Shown here: piece by piece, positions 24,582-37,693 of the stretch
Position numbering within the stretch: the stretch's first letter is position 1
Layout: every line of letters starts with the position of its first letter
Assembly (NCBI GenBank): GCA_036149055.1
Contig: JAYZQJ010000187.1
Location: 1-52,996, forward strand
DNA from: Myxococcota bacterium
Lineage (GTDB): Bacteria; Myxococcota_A; Polyangia; Polyangiales; Sandaracinaceae
Direction of reading: 5' to 3'
DNA: 52,996 nt
Position numbers and translations under genes: made by a program
The notes under the pieces: model-generated
Database searches by the model: none
Told to the model about the DNA's origin: nothing
The model's input: the letters and a program-made list of their open reading frames with translations, nothing else

Positions 24582-25403
24582 ATGAGCGACCCGGCATCCG
24601 CCTTCGACCTCGACCGCATCGGCGGCCGCAAGGCCCTCGTCGAGCTCATCGACACCATCCTCGCGTCCGGCGAAGAGGCCATGAAGGCCTACCGCGCGGG
24701 CGTGGCCAACCGGACCAAGAAGAAGCCCGACCGGAGCCCGGTGACCGAGGCGGACGAGATGGTGGAGAAGCGCCTCTCGAAGCACCTGCGCGCCCGCTAC
24801 CCGGACGCCGGCTTCCTCGGCGAGGAGACCGGCGCCTCCGGCCCCGAGGACTCGGGCATGCGCTGGGTCGTCGATCCCATCGACGGCACCCGGGCCTTCA
24901 TCCGCGGCCTGCCCACCTGGTCGATCCTGGTCGGGCTCGAGGCGGAGGGGGAGCCGGTGGTGGGCATCGCCTACATGCCGGCCGCCGACGATCTCTTCGT
25001 CGCCGTCAAAGGCGACGGAGCCCGGGGCAACGGCCGGCCGCTCGCGGTCTCCGAGGTCGACAGCGTGGCCGAGGCCACCGTCACTCACGGGGCCCTCTCC
25101 CAGTTCACCGATCTGCAGCTCGGCCACCTCCTGCCCCGGCTCGGCCAGGAGACCTACACCCAGCGCGGCTTCGCCGACTTCGACGGCTACCGGCAGATGC
25201 TGCTCGGGCGCTGCGACGCGATGATCGATCCCGGGGTCGCGCCCTGGGACATCTGCGCGGCGGCGGTCATCGTGCGCGAGGCCGGCGGGCGGCTGACCTC
25301 CCTGGGCGGCGAGGACACCATCTATGGCGGCGGCGCGGTGGCCACGAACGGGCACATCCACGACGCGCTGCTCGCGCTCCTGTCGCGCCCTTCCGAAGGC
25401 TGA
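24582..25403 (+). CDS. Inositol monophosphatase family protein, histidinol-phosphatase (HisN)-like
   Basis: Motifs SPVTEAD, FLGEE, WVVDPIDGT, RGFADFDGY, PWDICAA. Confidence 0.9.
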   Translation: MSDPASAFDLDRIGGRKALVELIDTILASGEEAMKAYRAGVANRTKKKPDRSPVTEADEMVEKRLSKHLRARYPDAGFLGEETGASGPEDSGMRWVVDPIDGTRAFIRGLPTWSILVGLEAEGEPVVGIAYMPAADDLFVAVKGDGARGNGRPLAVSEVDSVAEATVTHGALSQFTDLQLGHLLPRLGQETYTQRGFADFDGYRQMLLGRCDAMIDPGVAPWDICAAAVIVREAGGRLTSLGGEDTIYGGGAVATNGHIHDALLALLSRPSEG

Positions 25404-25425
25404 AGGAGCGGCTACCTCCGAGCGC

Positions 25426-26541
25426 GTGACCCATCGCGTGCTCCTCATCTCCGGCTTCTTCGGCTTCGAGGCGGTCGGAGAGCTCCGCTACTTCGAGGGC
25501 GTCGGCGACGCCCTGCGCCGCGCCTACGAGGCCGAAGGCGAGGAGGCGGACGTGCGCGAGGTCCGCACCCTGCCCACCGCGTCGATCCGGGACCGCGCCG
25601 CCCGGGTGCTCGAGGCGCTCGAGGACCTCGCCGAGGCCGGCTCCGGGCCGATCCACCTGGTGGGGCACAGCACGGGTGGGCTGGACGGACGGCTGGCCAT
25701 CGCGCCCAGCGCCAGCCTGAACGCGGACGTGGGCGACCCGGCGGCGCTCCGCGAGCGGGTGACCTCGCTGGTCACCGTGAGCACGCCCCACGGCGGCTCC
25801 CCGCTCGCCACCTTCTTCGCCAGCGCCGCCGGTCAGCCGCTGCTCCGGGCGATCACCGCGCTCGGCGCCCTCGTGCTCGACCGCGGCACCCTGCCGGTCT
25901 CGGTGGTCGTGAAGCTCGGCGACATGCTGCGGAACTTCGACGACGTCATCGGGCTGAAGGGCACGGTGCTCGACGAGCTCTACGAGCGGCTCCTGAACGA
26001 CCTGACCGAGGAGCGGCGGGAGGCCATCGTCGAGCTGCTCGGAGAGATCTCGAAGGACGCGGCGCTCGTCTTCCAGCTCACCCCCGAGGGCGTCGACCTG
26101 CTCGACGCGGCCACCGGCGACCCGGACGAGATCCGCTATGGCTGCGTGATCACGCGCTCTCCCCAGCCGACCTTCTCGCAGCTCCGCGCGCTCCGTCACG
26201 ACGTCTACGGGCACGCGACCTACCTCATCTACATCCTGCTCAGCGCCCTCGCCTCGCAGACGCGCACCGACATCACCGTGAACGACGCCCAGGCGGCGCG
26301 GCTCCGCGAGCTGCTCGGCGAGGTCCCCCCGAGCAGCGCCCACGACGGCATCGTGCCGACCCTGGCCCAGGCCTGGGGCGAGGTCGTGGCCGCCGCCACC
26401 GCCGACCACCTCGACCTCGTCGGGCACTACGGCAACGGCGAGGGCTCGTCGGACTGGCTGCCCTCGGGCAGCGGCTTCGACACCGAGGCGTTCCACGACG
26501 TCTGGGCCCGGGTCGCGCGCTTCCAGCTCGGCTCGGTCTGA
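25426..26541 (+). CDS. Alpha/beta-hydrolase (lipase/esterase family)
   Basis: Motifs ISGFFGF, GHSTGG, TPHGGSP, HDGIVP, ADHLDLVGH. Confidence 0.88.
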   Translation: MTHRVLLISGFFGFEAVGELRYFEGVGDALRRAYEAEGEEADVREVRTLPTASIRDRAARVLEALEDLAEAGSGPIHLVGHSTGGLDGRLAIAPSASLNADVGDPAALRERVTSLVTVSTPHGGSPLATFFASAAGQPLLRAITALGALVLDRGTLPVSVVVKLGDMLRNFDDVIGLKGTVLDELYERLLNDLTEERREAIVELLGEISKDAALVFQLTPEGVDLLDAATGDPDEIRYGCVITRSPQPTFSQLRALRHDVYGHATYLIYILLSALASQTRTDITVNDAQAARLRELLGEVPPSSAHDGIVPTLAQAWGEVVAAATADHLDLVGHYGNGEGSSDWLPSGSGFDTEAFHDVWARVARFQLGSV

Positions 26542-26584
26542 CGCCCCTGGACGAGCGCCGCGGTTCTGGTAGGGTCCGCGCGCC

Positions 26585-26815
26585 ATGGCAGACGTGCATC
26601 ACGACCGTCCCGGCGAGCCGCCCGAGATCCGGGACGAGGCCGCGGACACTCCCATGTGGGTCCCGGCGATGGGGCTCGCGCTCCTCATCGTGGGCGCGGT
26701 GTTCCTCGTCTGGCAGTCCTCCGGCGAACCGGCACCCGACGCCGCCGCGGAGGAGCTGAACGTCGAGGGGGCGGCCGAGGCCGTCGACCCCGACGACGGC
26801 GAGCCGAACCAGTAG
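26585..26815 (+). CDS. Small single-pass membrane protein
   Basis: 76 aa with one TM segment (WVPAMGLALLIVGAVFLVW) and an acidic tail; followed by the hairpin agccccc/gggggct at 26849-26867. Confidence 0.65.
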   Translation: MADVHHDRPGEPPEIRDEAADTPMWVPAMGLALLIVGAVFLVWQSSGEPAPDAAAEELNVEGAAEAVDPDDGEPNQ

Positions 26816-26964
26816 ATGCAGCGCGAGCGCTCCGAGATCGTCGCGTCGAGCCCCCTCATCGGGGGCTTGCGGCCGGAGTCGTTCGCCCCGAAGGTCTCCG
26901 TCCCAGCGTGCCGCTGGGACGACAACGTACGCAGGGCGTCACGGACGCAGGGAGAAGGATCTCG

Positions 26965-29337
<2,373 letters not shown>

Positions 29338-29338
29338 C

Positions 29339-30502
<1,164 letters not shown>

Positions 30503-30525
30503 CCGACAGAGCCAACGCTCCTCAC

Positions 30526-30558
30526 GCGGCGCATCCCCACTCGAGGGGGGTGCGCCGC
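30526..30558 (+). terminator. Probable intrinsic terminator of the beta-oxidation operon
   Basis: Stem gcggcgcatcccc/ggggtgcgccgc followed by cttcgtt. Confidence 0.65.
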
Positions 30559-30629
30559 CTTCGTTGGGGCCCTGCGCTCGTGACCGACCTTCGTGTAGGC
30601 TTCTTCCCGACAGGGGAAGGAGCACTCGC

Positions 30630-32870
30630 ATGAGGTATGGATTCGTAGGCATCGTGGCGGTGGCGCTGGTCGGGCTCGCCGGCTGCGACGGAGGGGAGAC
30701 GCCGGCGGACGGCGGCGCGGACGGCGCGGTCGCGTGCAGCGGCGGCCAGGAGGCGTGCGACGGGGTCTGCGTCGACACCGACACGGACCGCGCGCACTGC
30801 GGCGCGTGCGGCAACGTGTGCGAGGACGGCGAGGTCTGCGCGGCGGGCAGCTGCGAGCTGTCGTGTCCCGCCGGGCAGACCGCGTGCGGCGGCACCTGCC
30901 ACGACCTCGACACCGACCGCGCGCACTGCGGCGGCTGCGGGACCGAGTGCGGGAGCGGCGAGATCTGCGCGGCGGGGAGCTGCGAGGTCTCTTGCCCGGC
31001 CGGGCAGGCGGAGTGCGACGGCACCTGCCACGACACGATGAGCGACCCGGCGCACTGCGGCGGGTGTGGCATGGCGTGCGCAGCGGGCGAGGTCTGCATG
31101 GCGGGGGCCTGCGCGACGTCGTGCGGGGCCGGCACCACGGAGTGCAGCGGCGCCTGCGTGGATCTGATGACCTCCCCCGATCACTGCGGCGGCTGCGACG
31201 CGCCCTGCGCGGGCGACGTGGGCGCCTCGGGGCTCTGCGTGATGGGCGCGTGCCGCACCGTGTGCGACGAGGGGACGGGCGACTGCAACGGCGACCTGTC
31301 GTCGACCGGTGGCGACGGGTGCGAGACGCCCATCGCGACCGACCCGATGAACTGCGGCGTGTGCGGGCGCGCCTGCGTCTTCACCAACGCGACGGGCGGG
31401 TGCACGAGCGGCGCCTGCGTCATCGCGACCTGCGACGTCGGCTTCGACGACTGCGACATGGACGCCACGAACGGCTGCGAGACCGACATCGCCGGTGACG
31501 CCGCGAACTGCGGGACCTGCGGCACGATGTGCGCGTCGGGTGAGGTCTGCGTGACCGGCGCCTGCATGCCTCCGCCGGGCGAGGACTGTCGGAACCCGAT
31601 CGTCCTGGCCGCCGGCATGAACACGGTCAACTGGGTGGCGTCGACCAACGACTACCTGACGACCGATCCCGAGTGCCTCTCGACCAGCTTCGACGTGGAC
31701 GGCCCGGACGTCGTGCTGAGCTACACGGCGACCGCCAACAGCGAGGTCTCGTGGACCCTCACCAAGCCGAACAACGTCCGCTGGGTGGCGTCGGTCAGTG
31801 ACGCCGCCTGCGGCATGGCGACGCCCGAGATCTCCTGCGACTCGCAGTTCGGCGGCACCGAGCTCAGCGGCAGCTTCCTCGCCGCCGCCGGCACGACCTA
31901 CTACTTCTACGTGGCGGACACCGACTCCTCGGCGGACCCGCTCGACAACCCGTTCACCATCGACATCACGGAGACGGCGGCGCCGTGCTTCCCGGGCGTC
32001 GGCGGCGTGGTCGGGAACACGATCACGCGCATCCCGTCGGGCCTGTCGTTCCTGACCGAGTACTACGTGGCGGCGGACGACGCCCCCGGCGGGTTCCTCT
32101 ACTTCGGCGGGACGAGCGACCTGTGGCGGATCCCCAAGGCCGGCGGGGTCGCGGAGGACGTCGAGGCGGCCGCGGGCATCGGCTCGTCCGAGCTGGGCTA
32201 CGAGATGCTGATCGTGGGGAGCGACATCTTCGTGGTGAACGACAGCACCACGGGCACCACGGGCAAGCTGATCCGGATCAGCGCGGACGGAGGCGCCACC
32301 TGGATCGCGGGCGGGGAGGACTACGCGCTGTTCCCGACCGCGCCCAACGACGACTTCCGCGGCGCGACGTCGGACGGGAGCAGCATCTTCCTCATCACGC
32401 ACGACACGGTGGAGACCGAGATCTGGAGCGTCCCGGTCGGCGCCGTCGTGGTCCCGGCCCCGGCGACGCTGGTCGGGACCATCCCGACGGAGGACACCTG
32501 CTCGGGCCTCGCGGTCGATGGCTCGTTCTTCTACACGGTGTGCGCCGACTCCGACGACCTCATCCGCATCGACCGGTCCACGCTCGCCGTCACCCAGCTC
32601 TTCGACGGAACCAGCGTGAGCTCGACGCGCAACGGCGTGGCCGTCGACGACAACGACATGGATGGCGTGGCCGACGTCGTATACTGGCAGGACGCCGAGG
32701 AGCGGGTGCGGTTCACCTGCGGTCTGGGCGCGGGTCGCACCCCGTTCACGGCCAACCTGGGCACCTGGGGCTCGGGCACGTCGAACTACGGGCTCGGGTT
32801 CCTGGATGGAGCGACGCCGATGCTCTGGAGCTACGACGACGACACCGAGGACCTGATCCGCCTCGATTGA
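30630..32870 (+). CDS. Lipoprotein with myxobacterial Cys-rich repeats (DxxHCGxCGxxC) and a C-terminal beta-rich/propeller-like region
   Basis: AAGGAG RBS; LVGLAG-C lipobox; six D(R/P/A)x(H/N)CGxC repeats. Confidence 0.88.
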   Translation: MRYGFVGIVAVALVGLAGCDGGETPADGGADGAVACSGGQEACDGVCVDTDTDRAHCGACGNVCEDGEVCAAGSCELSCPAGQTACGGTCHDLDTDRAHCGGCGTECGSGEICAAGSCEVSCPAGQAECDGTCHDTMSDPAHCGGCGMACAAGEVCMAGACATSCGAGTTECSGACVDLMTSPDHCGGCDAPCAGDVGASGLCVMGACRTVCDEGTGDCNGDLSSTGGDGCETPIATDPMNCGVCGRACVFTNATGGCTSGACVIATCDVGFDDCDMDATNGCETDIAGDAANCGTCGTMCASGEVCVTGACMPPPGEDCRNPIVLAAGMNTVNWVASTNDYLTTDPECLSTSFDVDGPDVVLSYTATANSEVSWTLTKPNNVRWVASVSDAACGMATPEISCDSQFGGTELSGSFLAAAGTTYYFYVADTDSSADPLDNPFTIDITETAAPCFPGVGGVVGNTITRIPSGLSFLTEYYVAADDAPGGFLYFGGTSDLWRIPKAGGVAEDVEAAAGIGSSELGYEMLIVGSDIFVVNDSTTGTTGKLIRISADGGATWIAGGEDYALFPTAPNDDFRGATSDGSSIFLITHDTVETEIWSVPVGAVVVPAPATLVGTIPTEDTCSGLAVDGSFFYTVCADSDDLIRIDRSTLAVTQLFDGTSVSSTRNGVAVDDNDMDGVADVVYWQDAEERVRFTCGLGAGRTPFTANLGTWGSGTSNYGLGFLDGATPMLWSYDDDTEDLIRLD

Positions 32871-32878
32871 CGAGGCCT

Positions 32879-32914
32879 CCGAGCCCCTCCCTCCACGGAC
32901 CGGGAGGGGCTCGG
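32879..32914 (+). terminator. Stem-loop after the lipoprotein gene
   Basis: 13-bp perfect stem ccgagcccctccc/gggaggggctcgg. Confidence 0.6.
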
Positions 32915-32978
32915 GCGCACGCAGTGAAGAAGTGCGAAGGCCGCTTGCTCCCGACCGCGAACACCGCATGAAGGAGTC

Positions 32979-34199
32979 GTGAGCGAGACGAAGACACCCG
33001 CGACCCGGCCCTGGCGCCGCCGCATCCTCCGCGGCCTCGGCGCGCTCGGGGGCGCGCTCCTGCTCGTGGGCGGCGTGCTGCTCGCGGACGCCTGGAACGC
33101 GATGGGCACGAGCGCGGACGGCGCCCGCCTGGAGCGGATGAAGGAGTCGCCCCGCTGGGGCGGCGAGGGCTTCGTGAACCCGATGCCGATGGTGGAGCCC
33201 GAGCTGATGGAGGCCACCGCCCGCTGGCTCGAGGGCGGCGACCACCGCACGCCCGAGACCCCGCCCCCGATCGAGCGGCGCACCCGGGCCGACTTCGAGG
33301 CCGCGCCCGAGGGCGGCCTCCGCATCACCTGGCTCGGCCACTCGACGATGCTGGTCGAGCTCGACGGGCACACCCTCCTGACCGACCCGATCTGGGGAGA
33401 GCGCTCGAGCCCGTCGAGCTGGCTCGGCCCCAAGCGCTTCCACGCCCCGCCCCTCCCGCTCGAGGAGCTGCCCGAGCTCACCGCGGTGCTGATCAGCCAC
33501 GATCACTACGACCACCTCGACACGCCGACCATCGAGGCGCTCGAGGCCCGCGCGCCTCGCTACCTCGTGCCGCTCGGGGTGGGCGCGCACCTGGAGTACT
33601 GGGGCGTCGACCCGGCCCGCATCACCGAGGTCGACTGGTGGGACGAGGTCGAGATCGACGGCCTGCGGCTCGTCTCGACCCCCGCCCGCCACTTCTCGGG
33701 CCGCACCGGCTTCGACAAGGACGCCACGCTGTGGACGAGCTGGGCGATGATCGGCCCCGAGCACCGCGTCTACTTCAGCGGCGACACCGGCTACTTCCAC
33801 GGCTTCCGCGAGATCGGCGAGCGCCTCGGCCCCTTCGACGCGACGATGCTCGAGGTCGGCGCCTACAACCAGCTCTGGCGCGACGTGCACCTCGGCCCCG
33901 AGCAGGCGGTGCGCGCGCACGTGGACCTGCGCGGCGAGGTCATGCTGCCGGTGCACTGGGGCACCTTCGACCTGGCCCTGCACGCCTGGACCGAGCCCCC
34001 GGAGCGCCTGCGCCTGGCGGCGGAGCGCGAGGGCGTGCGCGTCGCCATCCCCCGCCCCGGCCAGAGCGTGCTCCCGTCCTCGCCCCCGGACGTCGCCCGC
34101 TGGTGGCCCACGCTGCCTTTCCAGACGGCCGACGAGGCCCCGGTGGTCGCCTCGCACCTGAACGAGCGAGCCCTCGGCGCCGCCGCAGTGATGCGCTAG
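32979..34199 (+). CDS. MBL-fold metallo-hydrolase (NAPE-PLD/RomA-like) with N-terminal membrane anchor
   Basis: Motifs TWLGHS, LTDPIW, SHDHYDH, PARHFSGR, FSGDTGY, PVHWGTF. Confidence 0.93.
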   Translation: MSETKTPATRPWRRRILRGLGALGGALLLVGGVLLADAWNAMGTSADGARLERMKESPRWGGEGFVNPMPMVEPELMEATARWLEGGDHRTPETPPPIERRTRADFEAAPEGGLRITWLGHSTMLVELDGHTLLTDPIWGERSSPSSWLGPKRFHAPPLPLEELPELTAVLISHDHYDHLDTPTIEALEARAPRYLVPLGVGAHLEYWGVDPARITEVDWWDEVEIDGLRLVSTPARHFSGRTGFDKDATLWTSWAMIGPEHRVYFSGDTGYFHGFREIGERLGPFDATMLEVGAYNQLWRDVHLGPEQAVRAHVDLRGEVMLPVHWGTFDLALHAWTEPPERLRLAAEREGVRVAIPRPGQSVLPSSPPDVARWWPTLPFQTADEAPVVASHLNERALGAAAVMR

Positions 34200-34217
34200 C
34201 CGGGGGCCAGGCCCCCG

Positions 34218-34256
34218 GCTCCCGTGCCCCTGCCCGTGCCCGTGCCCGTGCCCGCG
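34218..34256. repeat. (CCCGTG)n element of the same family as 14018-14273
   Basis: gctcccgtgcccctgcccgtgcccgtgcccgtgcccgcg is nearly the reverse complement of ~14235-14273. Confidence 0.8.
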
Positions 34257-34362
34257 AAGCCCGGAAGACGCGCCCGCCCGCCCCTCCCCGCCCCGCGTGA
34301 AGAAGCGTGAGGATCGCCCACCCGCCGTTGCGGCCCTCCCTGGCCGTCTCCAGAGTGCAGGC

Positions 34363-35685
34363 GTGCCTTTCTGGCTGAGAATGATCCTCTTCGTGCTCGC
34401 GATGCTCCTGCTCGCGGGCGTGACCACCTGGTACGTCTGGCGCCGCAGCGCCTTCGCCGCCGGCCTCGGCCGCCGCGGCAAGCGGGCGCTCGCGGTGGCG
34501 CTCTTCTCGGGCCCGGTGATGATGATCGCGGCCCGGAGCTTCGAGCCGCTCCTGCCGCGTGACGTGGCGGCCCTGCTCGGCGCGGTCGGCGCGACCGTGC
34601 TGCTCGGCACGTGGATCTCCACCGTGCTCGTCGGCACCCTCGACCTCGGCTTCCTCGCCGCCCGCTGGCTCCGCCGAGCCCGCGGCAAGACCGCCCCCGC
34701 GGCAACGCACACGGTCGCGGCATCGGACACGGCGTCGGTCGCGGACACGGCTTCGGTCGCGGACTCGGCTTCGGTCTCGGCTTCGGACTCGGACTCGGCT
34801 TCGGACTCCGTCTCGGAGCCCATCGCCGAGACGCCGAGCCTGGGCACCCTCCCCCGCCGCGCCCTCCTCCGCCGCTCCCTCACCGGCGCCGCCCTCTCGG
34901 TCGGCTTCGGCGCCGCCGGCTACGGCGCCCTCTTCGGCCGGCGCGACTACGAGATCACCGAGGTCCCGATCCCGATCCCGGGCCTCTCGCCTCGCCTCGA
35001 CGGTTACCGCATCGCGCAGATCAGCGACGTGCACTTCGGCACCTACGTGGGCGAGCCGGAGCTGCGCTCGGCGGTCGCCTTGATGCGGGAGGCCCGCCCG
35101 GACCTCATCGTGCTCACCGGCGATCTGCTGGACCACGACGCCGCCTACGCGCCCTGGCTCGGCCGCATGGTGCGCGCCTTCTCGGAGCTCGGCCCGCGCG
35201 ACGGCGTGACCGTGATCCCCGGCAACCACGACTACTACGCGGGCGTGGAGGCGGTGCTCTCGGTCTCCCGCGAGGGCGGCGGCACGGTGCTGCGCAACCA
35301 GAGCCGCGTGATCGGCGACGGCCACATCGCGCTCGTCGGGGTCGACGACGTCTGGGCGCGCCGCAACGGCGACGGGCCCGGCCCCGACCTCGAGCGCGCC
35401 CTCGCGGACGCTCCCCCCGATCTCCCGCGGGTGCTGCTCTGCCACAACCCGGTGTTCTTCCCCGAGGCGGCCGGCGAGGTCGCGCTCCAGCTCAGCGGCC
35501 ACACGCACGGCGGCCAGGTGAACCTCGGCGTGCGGCCGGCGGAATTCGTCCTGCCCTACGTCGAGGGCCTCTACGTCGAGCAGGGCTCGCGCCTCTACGT
35601 GAACCGCGGCTTCGGCACCGCCGGGCCTCCGGCCCGGGTGGGCGCGCCGCCGGAGATCACCCTGGCGGTGCTGACGGCGGCGTAG
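34363..35685 (+). CDS. Membrane-anchored metallophosphoesterase (YkuE/YaeI-like)
   Basis: N-terminal TM helices; motifs ISDVH, TGDLLD, GNHDY, LCHNP, SGHTHGGQ. Start is uncertain (34297, 34363 or the ATG a few codons later). Confidence 0.92.
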   Translation: MPFWLRMILFVLAMLLLAGVTTWYVWRRSAFAAGLGRRGKRALAVALFSGPVMMIAARSFEPLLPRDVAALLGAVGATVLLGTWISTVLVGTLDLGFLAARWLRRARGKTAPAATHTVAASDTASVADTASVADSASVSASDSDSASDSVSEPIAETPSLGTLPRRALLRRSLTGAALSVGFGAAGYGALFGRRDYEITEVPIPIPGLSPRLDGYRIAQISDVHFGTYVGEPELRSAVALMREARPDLIVLTGDLLDHDAAYAPWLGRMVRAFSELGPRDGVTVIPGNHDYYAGVEAVLSVSREGGGTVLRNQSRVIGDGHIALVGVDDVWARRNGDGPGPDLERALADAPPDLPRVLLCHNPVFFPEAAGEVALQLSGHTHGGQVNLGVRPAEFVLPYVEGLYVEQGSRLYVNRGFGTAGPPARVGAPPEITLAVLTAA

Positions 35686-36118
35686 CCTCGCGGGCGGGCG
35701 GCAGATCGAGCACGACCCGCCAGCCCTCCTCCTCGCGGACCAGCTGGATCTCGGCCCGCCGATCGCGCTCCTCGTTCTCGACCACGACCGTGGCCTCGTT
35801 CCCCTCGACGGTCTCTCGCATCCCGCGGCTGCCCCGGGCCGGCGCGAACGTCTGCCGGAAGCGCCCGCGGGCGATCATGTCCCAGGGCTCCATCGGCCGT
35901 CCGCCGAGCGAGCTGGCCAGGTGGGCGCGCTCGGCCAGCGCGCGGCGGCTGTCCTCGGCGAGGAGCGCGTAGGCGTCCTCGACCGCGCTCGGATCGTGCT
36001 CGGCGCGGGCCATCGACTCGAGGAAGAGCCGGACCGCGCCCGACGGCGTGTCGTCCGAGGGCGCCTCGGTGCAGCCGAGCAGCGCGAGCGGGACGAGCGC
36101 GATCGAAAGCCACCTCAC
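35657..36118 (-). CDS. Small hypothetical lipoprotein
   Basis: VRWLSIALVPLALLG-C lipobox; TPSGAVRLFL...LVREEEGWRV pattern. The 3' end overlaps the convergent gene by 29 bp. Confidence 0.72.
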   Translation of the reverse strand: MRWLSIALVPLALLGCTEAPSDDTPSGAVRLFLESMARAEHDPSAVEDAYALLAEDSRRALAERAHLASSLGGRPMEPWDMIARGRFRQTFAPARGSRGMRETVEGNEATVVVENEERDRRAEIQLVREEEGWRVVLDLPPAREATPPSAPPG

Positions 36119-36163
36119 GCGGCCGGCTTGCCACGACCGCGGCCCCCGGGCTAGCAGGGGCCG

Positions 36164-37357
36164 ATGCGCCGCGCCCTCCTCGTCCTCGCGTTCTTCTCCC
36201 TCGCCGGCTGCGACGACAGCCGCTGCGAGGCCCGCGGCGCCGCCCGCTGCACCGACGAGGGCGTGCTCGAACGCTGCGAGCCCAACCGCTACGGCGGCCT
36301 CGAGTGGGCGGCCCATCCCTGCGAAGGCGCCACCCCGACCTGCGCGCCCCACGGCGAAGACGAGGCGGCCTGCGTGGGCGAGCGGGTGGGCGAGTGCGAT
36401 CTCTCGAGCTTCGAGGATCGCTGCGTCGACGAGCGCACCCTCGAGGACTGCGCGCCCTTCGGCCCCGAGGGCGACGAGGGCGCGCTGCACCGCGTCCGCT
36501 GCGCGGAGGGCACCCGCTGCGGCGAGGTCCCGCGCGCCGCCATCGCGGCCGGCCGCGCCGAGGGCGCTCGCCACGACTGCTACGCGCCCCGCGACCCGCA
36601 CTCGCCCCCCGCCCTGGTGACCTTCACCCACGGCGACGTCCGGCTCGGCGACGCGCCCGCGCCCCCGGTCCCGTTCCGGGTCCCTCGGGGCACGCTCCTC
36701 CACCTCGGCGAGGAGGCGCGCGCGGTGGTCCTGGTGAAGGAGCGCCCGAGCCGGGTCGAGGGCCCGCGCGAGCTCGACGTCTACTCGCTCCAGCCCGAGG
36801 CCGTCGTGGCCACCCCCGAGGCGGCTGCCATCGAGGCGCTGCTCGAGCGCGAGCCGCCCCGCCCGGTGCCCCCGGAGGAGATCCTCCTGAGCCCGGCCCC
36901 GAGCGAAGCTCGCGTGGTGCGCGTCTGGGTCGGCGAGGGCCTCCCGGGCGCGTCTGCCCGCCTGCCCGACCTCGCCTGGCGCTGCGACGAGGACTGCGGC
37001 CGCACGGCGACCGTGAGGCAGCTCGAGCCCGAGCGGCGCACCGTGTGGCGCGGCTCCGGCGACCGCGCGATCGACTACGATGGCCCGCCGCTCGAGCCCG
37101 GTCACGTCTACGAGCTCGTGCTCGGCGACGTCGTCTACCGCCTCGAAGCCGAGGCCCCGCCCCGCCTCGACGCCCTGATGGCCCAGATGCGCGGCTGGCC
37201 CCTCGCCGAGCAGATGTCCGTCCTCGCCGCGCTCCACCGCTGGGGAGGCTCCCGCGCCGCCGCCGTGATCGCCCTCCTCCGCGCGCACGTCGAAGCCCAG
37301 CGAGGAGACCCCGCCGTACGCGCCCTCCTCGACGCCTACGGCATCCCCACCCGCTGA
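36164..37357 (+). CDS. Hypothetical lipoprotein with Cys-rich N-terminal third
   Basis: MRRALLVLAFFSLAG-C lipobox; divergent from the preceding gene. Confidence 0.75.
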   Translation: MRRALLVLAFFSLAGCDDSRCEARGAARCTDEGVLERCEPNRYGGLEWAAHPCEGATPTCAPHGEDEAACVGERVGECDLSSFEDRCVDERTLEDCAPFGPEGDEGALHRVRCAEGTRCGEVPRAAIAAGRAEGARHDCYAPRDPHSPPALVTFTHGDVRLGDAPAPPVPFRVPRGTLLHLGEEARAVVLVKERPSRVEGPRELDVYSLQPEAVVATPEAAAIEALLEREPPRPVPPEEILLSPAPSEARVVRVWVGEGLPGASARLPDLAWRCDEDCGRTATVRQLEPERRTVWRGSGDRAIDYDGPPLEPGHVYELVLGDVVYRLEAEAPPRLDALMAQMRGWPLAEQMSVLAALHRWGGSRAAAVIALLRAHVEAQRGDPAVRALLDAYGIPTR

Positions 37358-37368
37358 CCCCTTCTTTT

Positions 37369-37457
37369 TCGGGAATCAGCGTTCCTTTCGAAAGGATTCG
37401 GGAATCAGCGTTCCCTTTCGAGAGGATTCAGGAATCAGCGTTCCCTTTCGAAAGGAA
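37369..37457. repeat. Three tandem 29-30 bp units with a CCTTTCGAAAGG dyad
   Basis: tcgggaatcagcgttcc(c)tttcga(a/g)agga-type units start at 37369, 37398 and 37428. Confidence 0.9.
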
Positions 37458-37581
37458 GGGAGCAGGGAGGCAGGAGGCGAGGAGGAAAAGGGGTTGGCAC
37501 GAGGACGGCGTCGGGAGAGCCCGTTGTGGAATGGGGAAGATCGCCCCCATGCCCTCGACCCGAGTCCGCCCCGGCCCCGCC

Positions 37582-37693
37582 AATCCGATTCCGAGTCCGA
37601 TTCCGAGTCCGATTCCGAGTCCGAGTCCGAGTCCGACTCCGAGACCGAGACCGTCGCCGAGTCCGAGACCGTCGCAGAGTCCGATCCCGAGAC
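37582..37693. repeat. Second CCGAnn hexamer array
   Basis: ccgatt/ccgagt/ccgaga units, same family as 491-785. Confidence 0.9.

Noticed and set aside
35657..35685. 29-bp convergent gene overlap as a regulatory feature
   Set aside because: Short 3' overlaps are common in GC-rich genomes and nothing else supports a function.
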